From an uncultured Anaerolineales bacterium (GTDB lineage Bacteria; Chloroflexota; Anaerolineae; B4-G1; SLSP01): DNA of 64,000 nt. Positions 57,911 through 64,000 of the stretch are shown here, in pieces. A model generated the notes under the pieces. It saw nothing but the letters and a program-made list of their open reading frames with translations, did no database searches and had not been told where the DNA came from. Numbering within the stretch: the first letter of the stretch is position 1; each line of letters opens with the position of its first letter. Position numbers and translations under genes: made by a program. The stretch is from NCBI GenBank assembly GCA_964504195.1, contig CAZDDI010000010.1, positions 22,956 through 86,955 on the forward strand, in the 5' to 3' direction.

Positions 57911-58052
57911 CCTGAACACTTGGATAATCCGGATTCAAGAACCTGTCGAAACCAGCACCGGGTCTCAACAGACTCGTGGTGTAGCGAAACAGCTTCTATA
58001 GCATAGCACAAGAATGGCGTTGAGCAAGTATATTCGCGCCCAAGCGCCCTTT

Positions 58053-58850
58053 TTACGCTTCCGCGCAAAGCAGCGTACCTATGACTTTCTCCGGTTCCAG
58101 CAACGCCTGCCGCAGATTGCCCGGCGCGCGCCCGCTCAAAATCCACACCCGCAGGCCCGGCGTTGCTTGCGCCAGCTTAAGCATCCGGCTGACCTTGTCT
58201 GCCATGCCGCCGGTCACATCCACCCCGCCGGAGCCGCCCAAGAACTGCGCCACGGCGGGATAGCTCGCCGGCGTGATGCGCGCAATCACCTGCCGTGCAT
58301 CATCGAGCACTCCCGGCGCATTGCCCACCAGCAGAATCTGCTCCGGGTGCAGTTCGCCGGTTAAGTACACAAAGAGATCTTCCGTCGAAAAAATTGTGCC
58401 GCCCCAAGCCGTATCGAACGCCACATCACCGTAGATGAGCGGGATCAGCCGCTGCGCCAACGCCTGGCGCAGCGGCTCGAGCGCGAGCGTCGTAAGGGTA
58501 CCCCCTTCGCCCTGTGCTGAAGCCGAAGGTTGCAGCGATAGCACCGGCAGCCCAGCTTCCAGGAAGGTATCGGTCACGATGCGATTGAGGCGCGCGGCGG
58601 CGGCGCTTACTTTGGCGAAGCCCTGCCACTGCGCCGGGGTGTGCGCCCCCTGGCGCGTCCCGTGATGGCTGGCCTCCCAATGTCCAAACGAGCCAGAGCC
58701 ATGCCCCAAGACAACCTGCAATGCCGGGTTGATCTCGCGTGCCTCGCGCAACTCGTGCGCCAACCGGCGGAGCACCCCAAAGCGCACGGTAGCCTCACGA
58801 CGCTTATCCGTAATCAGCGAGCCACCAAGTTTGACGAAGATCAGGGACAT
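58053..58850 (-). CDS. Amino-acid-kinase-fold protein, most like isopentenyl phosphate kinase.
   Basis: LIFVKLGGSLITDK glycine-rich loop and VLGHGSGSFGH. An IPK-type His-containing motif. Confidence 0.5.
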   Translation of the reverse strand: MSLIFVKLGGSLITDKRREATVRFGVLRRLAHELREAREINPALQVVLGHGSGSFGHWEASHHGTRQGAHTPAQWQGFAKVSAAAARLNRIVTDTFLEAGLPVLSLQPSASAQGEGGTLTTLALEPLRQALAQRLIPLIYGDVAFDTAWGGTIFSTEDLFVYLTGELHPEQILLVGNAPGVLDDARQVIARITPASYPAVAQFLGGSGGVDVTGGMADKVSRMLKLAQATPGLRVWILSGRAPGNLRQALLEPEKVIGTLLCAEA

Positions 58851-59191
58851 GAGGGGGCCTCTTTCACAGCAGCTTCCAGCCAGGCGAGATACGCCGCGCT
58901 ACCCACCGTAACCGGCACAGCCAGGATTTCCGGCACAGCGTAAGGATGTATGGCAATGATTGCCACCTCCACCGCCGCATACCGCGCTTGCTCGGTCTTG
59001 ATCAGGCACAGCCACTCGCGAGCGGTCTCCACGGCGTCCTCCCAGCGGTAAGTGCTGGTAATCGGCCCGATGACCTGGACACACGCGGCCAGATTCTGCT
59101 CTACTAACGCCTGCGCAATCTGCGCCGCGCTGGCTTCGCTATCCGTCGTTGTGAATACCTGAATCGCGCTCATAACCTCCTCGATTTTCAA
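58841..59191 (-). CDS. cutA: Divalent-cation tolerance protein CutA.
   Basis: 116 aa with the CutA1 fold signature ...LAACVQVIGPITSTYRWEDAVETAREWLCLIKT. Confidence 0.8.
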   Translation of the reverse strand: MKIEEVMSAIQVFTTTDSEASAAQIAQALVEQNLAACVQVIGPITSTYRWEDAVETAREWLCLIKTEQARYAAVEVAIIAIHPYAVPEILAVPVTVGSAAYLAWLEAAVKEAPSCP

Positions 59192-59230
59192 AGCGTGGTG
59201 CGCTCCAAAAATACGCTACACTTGATATAG

Positions 59231-60301
59231 CTACACAAACAGCACCGCCACTGCCGCCAGGCTGACCAATGCCCACACGACGCGATTCCAATCCCAAATC
59301 CGCCGCCCGTTGAAACTGATCAACGGGAAGAACACGATGAGCGTTTCCAGCAGCGTCAACATTCTGCCGATGGCAAACAGCATCTCCCAAAACGAGAGCA
59401 GCCCTGACGCTACTTGCCAATGCAACGCGGCCCAGCTGCCCCAGGTCAATAGTAGCGAAGCCAACGTGCCCGCCAGCGCCATCGGGCCGATCTTGGGGAG
59501 CAGCTCGCGGTAACGCCAGCGGTCGCCTACGGGATAAAAGCTGCCGGGGAAGGGGAAGAAGCTACCAAAGGCCAATGCAATACCCAACACCAACGTGGTG
59601 CTCGATTCCCACGCACGGAAGCGCACCGCAAGACCTTGCGCCTTTGCTGCGCTCAGCATCGCCAGAGAACGCAGGCCGAAAAGCAGCAAAAATACCAGGG
59701 GAATCGTCCACAATGCGTTGGGATTCAGCGCCCCCTGCCGCCACACGGCCAGCCAGAGCAGCAACGTGTTGATGAGCCATGTCCCTAGCCATTGCAGCAC
59801 GGGACTATCGGGCTGCTCTGCACCGGGCTTGACCCACAGGAAATGCCCTACATCTATGAAGTGAAAGGAATGCCACCAATAGGGGAGGATGCCCAGGCCG
59901 TAGCGGCGCAGTTGCTCGCCCAGCGAAAGGATCTCGAAACCGCGCGTGGAGAAGACCTTGCTGGAGCTGGTATTGTAGCCCTCCACGCAAGCGGAAAGTT
60001 CCGTGCAACCTTGCGCATCGAAAAATTCCAGCGCGCCTTCAACCAATGCCTGCCCCACGCCCAAGCCGCGCGCGTCAGGATCGGTGAAGAGCCAGGAAAC
60101 GAATCCGACTTTGCGCTCTTTGATGGTGAAAATCTTGAGGACCACGCCACCTACGATGTGGCCGGCGTGCTCGGCTACCAGCACATCTTTGCCCCACGAG
60201 AAAAACAGCCAGGTGGGGGGCGAAAACGCCCGGCGCATGACGCGCTGTACCGCAGCTTTTTCACCATCTTGAATGGGGCGGATAATGACACTGTTGTCCA
60301 T
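59231..60301 (-). CDS. GNAT N-acetyltransferase fused to a polytopic membrane domain. Start at MDNSV; the ORF is open to 60472.
   Basis: The N-terminal acetyl-CoA-binding pattern is ...VLVAEHAGHIVGGVVL...ARGLGVGQALVEGAL. About 200 aa with six hydrophobic helices follow. Confidence 0.6.
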   Translation of the reverse strand: MDNSVIIRPIQDGEKAAVQRVMRRAFSPPTWLFFSWGKDVLVAEHAGHIVGGVVLKIFTIKERKVGFVSWLFTDPDARGLGVGQALVEGALEFFDAQGCTELSACVEGYNTSSSKVFSTRGFEILSLGEQLRRYGLGILPYWWHSFHFIDVGHFLWVKPGAEQPDSPVLQWLGTWLINTLLLWLAVWRQGALNPNALWTIPLVFLLLFGLRSLAMLSAAKAQGLAVRFRAWESSTTLVLGIALAFGSFFPFPGSFYPVGDRWRYRELLPKIGPMALAGTLASLLLTWGSWAALHWQVASGLLSFWEMLFAIGRMLTLLETLIVFFPLISFNGRRIWDWNRVVWALVSLAAVAVLFV

Positions 60302-60387
60302 GTTGTTTCCCCCTATTAGAAAAGTAGGGCGAGGCATACCTCGTCCTACTTTTCGATTGTACTCTACAAGCCCAATTTTACCATCTT

Positions 60388-61905
60388 CTACGTGGCTTCC
60401 GCGCGCTTGATCAGCGATTTCTCCCCAAAGATGAAAAAGACCATCCCGGCCAGACAGAGCCACCCGAACCAATCGCCCAGGCGCACGGCGATGCTGTCGC
60501 CGCTGCCCAGTGGTACATCGGCTACCAGCGTGGCCTCGCCACCTTCCGGGAACATCGCCAGCGCAATGACGCGCCCATAAGGATCAATAATGGCGGAATC
60601 GAAGCCGCTATCGCTCTTCACCATCGCCACACGGTTCTCCACCGCGCGGAAGACAACGTGTGTATAGTGCTTGTCAGCGATGCCGGCCCAGTCATTGGAG
60701 GGCACGGCGATGAGCTGCGCGCCCTGCCGCGCCAGCTTCCGTGCCGTATCGGTGAAGTCGAGATCGTAGCAGATGATGGTCCCCAGCACGCCCAGTGGCG
60801 TCTCGTAGACCGGGTAGGTCCCCCGCGTGATGCTGGTCTCGCCGGCGAACGTCACCGGATGATCTTTGCCGAAGACGCCCAGGAATTCCCCCGCCGGGCT
60901 GATGAGGGTGGCTTCGTTGCGCAGACCCTCGTCCGTGTTGATCATGTACCCGATCACCAGATAGGCTCCCGTTTCGCGCGCCAACGCGGGCAGCCCCAGC
61001 GGATCATCCACTTGCGGATCGTATTGCAGCGCGCCCTCCGGCCAGACGATGACCTGTGCACCCTGCGCCGCGGCCTCACGGGTCTGCTCCACCGCGCGCG
61101 CATGGAGCAGCGCCAAACGCTCATATTCCCCTGTAAACCCCAAAATGCCCAGTGAGGTTTCCGGCTGAATGGCAGCCACGCGCAGGATCGGGCCGGCAGG
61201 GGCGGGAAACAGCGCCAAACTCAGCCCCACCCACACAACCAGCGTGACACCCGCTGCGATCAGCCAGCGGCGCGTCAGCGGCGACGCCGCCACAGGCGCA
61301 TCAGCATCAAGCGTCCAGCGCGTATCGAAGGCCCTGATCGCGGCCAGTCCCAGCGCGTAGTTGATCAAGAGGATCAGCGTGCTCACGCCAAAGATACCGA
61401 AGATGCTGGCGGGTTGGATGAGCCAGGGCTGGGTGTGCAGTGTGTACGCCACAAAGCCCCACGTCCCGGCGAGGGGAATGAAGATGCGGACGAACTCGAA
61501 GCCCATCCAGGCGGCCACGCCCTGCCACACGAACCAGCGGTAGCCCGTTTTCTCGTGGAAGCGGCGCAGCGTGCCATCGGTCAGCAAAGAAAAGACCACT
61601 CCAAAGACAGGCAAATACTCCATAAAGAGGCCGGAGCCACCGAAGACCGGGCCGATATAGCCCCATAGAAACAACCCATTAAACGCCGCGGATGCAAACA
61701 TGGAGAATTTTGCGGGCATGATCCGATATTGTGCTAGAATAGCCGGCACAAAGCTGAACCAGACCAGGAACCACAGATTGTACGGGGGGAAAGCCAGTAC
61801 CAGCAATCCCGCGCCGATGGCCGCAAGCGCCAGTCCCAGCACGATGCGCCCGACAGTGGATGTAGATAGTGTTTTCATTGTCATGCTCCTGTAAAAAATC
61901 TGCAA
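60388..61905 (-). CDS. lnt: Apolipoprotein N-acyltransferase.
   Basis: Polytopic N-terminus plus a C-terminal CN-hydrolase domain with VIVWPEGAL (Glu), a Lys region and TIICYDLDF (Cys). Confidence 0.8.
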   Translation of the reverse strand: MQIFYRSMTMKTLSTSTVGRIVLGLALAAIGAGLLVLAFPPYNLWFLVWFSFVPAILAQYRIMPAKFSMFASAAFNGLFLWGYIGPVFGGSGLFMEYLPVFGVVFSLLTDGTLRRFHEKTGYRWFVWQGVAAWMGFEFVRIFIPLAGTWGFVAYTLHTQPWLIQPASIFGIFGVSTLILLINYALGLAAIRAFDTRWTLDADAPVAASPLTRRWLIAAGVTLVVWVGLSLALFPAPAGPILRVAAIQPETSLGILGFTGEYERLALLHARAVEQTREAAAQGAQVIVWPEGALQYDPQVDDPLGLPALARETGAYLVIGYMINTDEGLRNEATLISPAGEFLGVFGKDHPVTFAGETSITRGTYPVYETPLGVLGTIICYDLDFTDTARKLARQGAQLIAVPSNDWAGIADKHYTHVVFRAVENRVAMVKSDSGFDSAIIDPYGRVIALAMFPEGGEATLVADVPLGSGDSIAVRLGDWFGWLCLAGMVFFIFGEKSLIKRAEAT

Positions 61906-61953
61906 ATCTCAAATCAAAAAATCTTTTACGTGGGGCGAGCAACCAGTAACCAG

Positions 61954-62475
61954 TTACTCCTGCAACCCCTTGCGCCAGAGCAGCAGATAGAGGCCGACTG
62001 CGATGAGCACGATGGGCCAGCCCTGGCCGAAGTATTCCAGCATCGCCAGGCCCGCTTCGCCGCTGAGCAGCGCGCCACCGATGAAGGCCATGACGCCGCC
62101 AGGAATCAGGGGCCACCACGCCGCCCTGCGGATGAACAGCGCCGAGGTCAGCGTAATGAGCGCCCACCCGCCCGCGAAACTGACCAGAAAGAGTCCATCG
62201 CTGGCCGGATATTCCAATCCACTGAACGGCCCATTGAGCAACAACCCACCCACGCCGATACCGGTAAGGATGCCGCCGGGAATCACATACCCCAAACGCC
62301 GCGCGAGGCTGCCCCACACGAGGAAGAGCAGTCCCAGCGCCAGGGGGAAGGCCGCGCCGAGATTCCACTTGAAGATATTGCTCGCCAACAGCCATAAGCC
62401 GAGGCCCAGCAATACCACGCCCCAGGCGAGCTGGTCGCGCTTTTCTGTGTTCTGAGCCGAAATGTTGTTATTCAT
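61954..62475 (-). CDS. Hypothetical membrane protein with four to five transmembrane helices. Starts at MNNNIS.
   Basis: A strong RBS aggagg precedes the ATG at 62475. The hydrophobic, Gly-rich helices are reminiscent of LiaF/DUF-type stress proteins. Confidence 0.55.
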   Translation of the reverse strand: MNNNISAQNTEKRDQLAWGVVLLGLGLWLLASNIFKWNLGAAFPLALGLLFLVWGSLARRLGYVIPGGILTGIGVGGLLLNGPFSGLEYPASDGLFLVSFAGGWALITLTSALFIRRAAWWPLIPGGVMAFIGGALLSGEAGLAMLEYFGQGWPIVLIAVGLYLLLWRKGLQE

Positions 62476-62669
62476 CGTAATCCTCCTGCGAAAACAAGCG
62501 TAACGCGGAGCGTCTGCTCCGCACACGAACGGCGCATTATGAATTTTAAGAAATCAATCTGTAAATAAGGTTTTGTGTGAAATCGGTCGCTCTAAAAATA
62601 AAATGATCCCCCCTTTCCCCCTGCCCCCTTTCCCCCGCAAGCGAGGGAAAGGGGGGATTTTTTTGTGGG

Positions 62670-62704
62670 TTTTTTGGGCGGCGGCTTTGCCGCCGCCCAA
62701 AAAA
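62670..62704. terminator. Bidirectional rho-independent terminator.
   Basis: ttttttgggcggcggctttgccgccgcccaaaaaa. Two more GC hairpins flank it (62600-62660 and 62720-62760). Confidence 0.75.
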
Positions 62705-62935
62705 CCCGTTGTTTTCTCCCCCTCCCCGCACCGCACAGCGGCGTGGGGAGGGGGCCAGGGGGTGGGGTAAAATTCTCAATTCGTAAATTTTTTCATCCAC
62801 ACTGGCTTTGAACGATGAAGATACTATACCATGCCGGGAAGCAAACGGGATGGCCCAGAGGTCACGGTTGCAGTCACATTGAAGGGTATGACCCGCAGGC
62901 TTGCCGCTTGTGACTTGCGGCTTTAGGCTTGAGGC

Positions 62936-63586
62936 TTACAACAGCCCGAGCTCGCGCGCGCGGAGGGCCGCCTGGGTGCGGTCGCGCACATCGAGCTTGG
63001 TGAGGATATTGGTGAGGTGATTCTTTGCCGTGCCTTCGGCGATGAAGAGGGCGGCGGCAATTTCCTTGTTGCTCGCGCCCTGGGCTACCAGCCGTAACAC
63101 ATCCAGCTCGCGGTCGGAAAGCGCCTCGACGGGCGCGGCAGCGCGGGGGGCGTGTTCTGCCAGCCGCGCGAACTCGGCTACCACCTTCGCCGCCACCGAG
63201 GGTTGCAGGAAGGATTCGCCACGCGCGGCGGCCCGCACCGCCTCGAAGAGCTTGGCAGAGCTGGCATCCTTGAGCAGATAGCCCAATGCGCCTGCTCGCA
63301 GCCCCTCGAAGATGTCTTCATCATCATCGAAGGTGGTGAGGACGATGACGCGCGCTTCGGGATGGGCAGCACGCAGGCGGCGGGTCGCCGCCACGCCATC
63401 GAGCACGGGCATCCGCAAATCCATCAGCACCACATCCGGGCGAACAACAGGGCAAAGGCGCAGCGCTTCCTCGCCATGCGCCGCCTCGCCCACCACCTCG
63501 AAATCGGGATGGGTGGCGAGCAGCGTGCGCAGCCCCTCGCGGAACATGGCTTGATCATCTACCAGCAGAATGCGAATTCGGCCCAT
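62936..63586 (-). CDS. NarL/FixJ-family response regulator.
   Basis: ILLVDDQAMFREGL...LSDRELDVLRLVAQGASNKEIAAALFIAEGTAKNHL. Confidence 0.9.
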   Translation of the reverse strand: MGRIRILLVDDQAMFREGLRTLLATHPDFEVVGEAAHGEEALRLCPVVRPDVVLMDLRMPVLDGVAATRRLRAAHPEARVIVLTTFDDDEDIFEGLRAGALGYLLKDASSAKLFEAVRAAARGESFLQPSVAAKVVAEFARLAEHAPRAAAPVEALSDRELDVLRLVAQGASNKEIAAALFIAEGTAKNHLTNILTKLDVRDRTQAALRARELGLL

Positions 63587-63588
63587 GG

Positions 63589-64000
63589 TTAGCTCTCCCG
63601 CAGTGTGATGTCTAGCACAAAGCCAGCGCCCAGCGTGGAGGTGATCTCCAACTCGCCGCCGAGCAACTGCACCCGTTCCCGCAACCCCACGAGACCGAAG
63701 CCGCCCGCGTGCTCCGCGCTGCCGATGCCATCATCTTCCACGCGCAGATGGACGCTTTCGGCGGCGTAGGTCAGCGTCACCGAGACATGTTGGGCCTGAG
63801 CGTGCTTGCGCACGTTGGTCAGCGCCTCTTGCACAGCACGGTAGAGGGCCAGCTCGAACATCGGCGACAAGGGGCGCAGCGTGCCGGCAATCGTGCAGGC
63901 GGTCTCGATTCCGGAAGCGCGACAGCCCTCCGCCAGGGTCTCGATCAACAACGGTAGGGGTTTATCCGCCAGCGGCGAGGTGCGCAGCGCGGCGACCGAG
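63589..64000 (-). CDS. Sensor histidine kinase, C-terminal HATPase_c part; the 5' end lies beyond the window.
   Basis: VEDDGIGS...GGFGLVGLRERVQLLGGELEITSTLGAGFVLDITL. Confidence 0.85.
   Translation of the reverse strand, partial: SVAALRTSPLADKPLPLLIETLAEGCRASGIETACTIAGTLRPLSPMFELALYRAVQEALTNVRKHAQAQHVSVTLTYAAESVHLRVEDDGIGSAEHAGGFGLVGLRERVQLLGGELEITSTLGAGFVLDITLRES

Noticed and set aside
61679-62397. 238-aa minus ORF 61679..62395 and plus ORF 61930..62397
   Set aside because: They overlap the 61954..62475 membrane-protein frame, which has a strong RBS and coherent transmembrane helices. The alternatives are Arg-rich with no features.

Overview
This is a high-GC bacterial chromosomal segment, probably from a Chloroflexi-like organism. 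That guess rests on DUF11 surface-protein repeats, an isopentenyl phosphate kinase candidate, and LCP, PMT and Ppm1 cell-envelope genes. It begins on the minus strand with the 5' two-thirds of gyrA. The conserved block tRNA-Thr/tRNA-Tyr/tRNA-Thr, rpmG, tRNA-Trp, secE, nusG, rplK, rplA, rplJ, rplL lies at 17.8-22.1 kb. The rest is mostly accessory-looking cell-envelope and regulatory genes:
- a secreted PLD/HKD multidomain protein
- a tandem pair of membrane-anchored paralogs showing gene conversion
- a 1570-aa DUF11 surface protein followed by an LPXTG Pro/Thr-repeat protein
- two tandem SPFH/flotillin-like genes, then a hypothetical, a PfkB kinase and a membrane-anchored SF2 helicase
- RNase J and two LCP-family paralogs
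- a YtfJ/GerW-like protein carrying a Cys/Asp-rich insertion
- a MoeA-PBP fusion
- three two-component systems
- an Lgt-like gene and an Lnt gene
The most striking non-genic signal is a roughly 133-bp MITE-like element family. It has 11-bp terminal inverted repeats (caatgtcatta) and, in two copies, perfect 9-bp target-site duplications. The copies sit in the 5' leaders of an LCP gene and a histidine-kinase gene and at the 3' end of the Lgt-like gene. A second, unrelated MITE-like element with its own 9-bp duplication and phased CACGAATT repeats sits upstream of gyrA. No CRISPR array, integrase or phage genes were seen.
Every call comes from reading the sequence and translations and recognising motifs. 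No database search was run.
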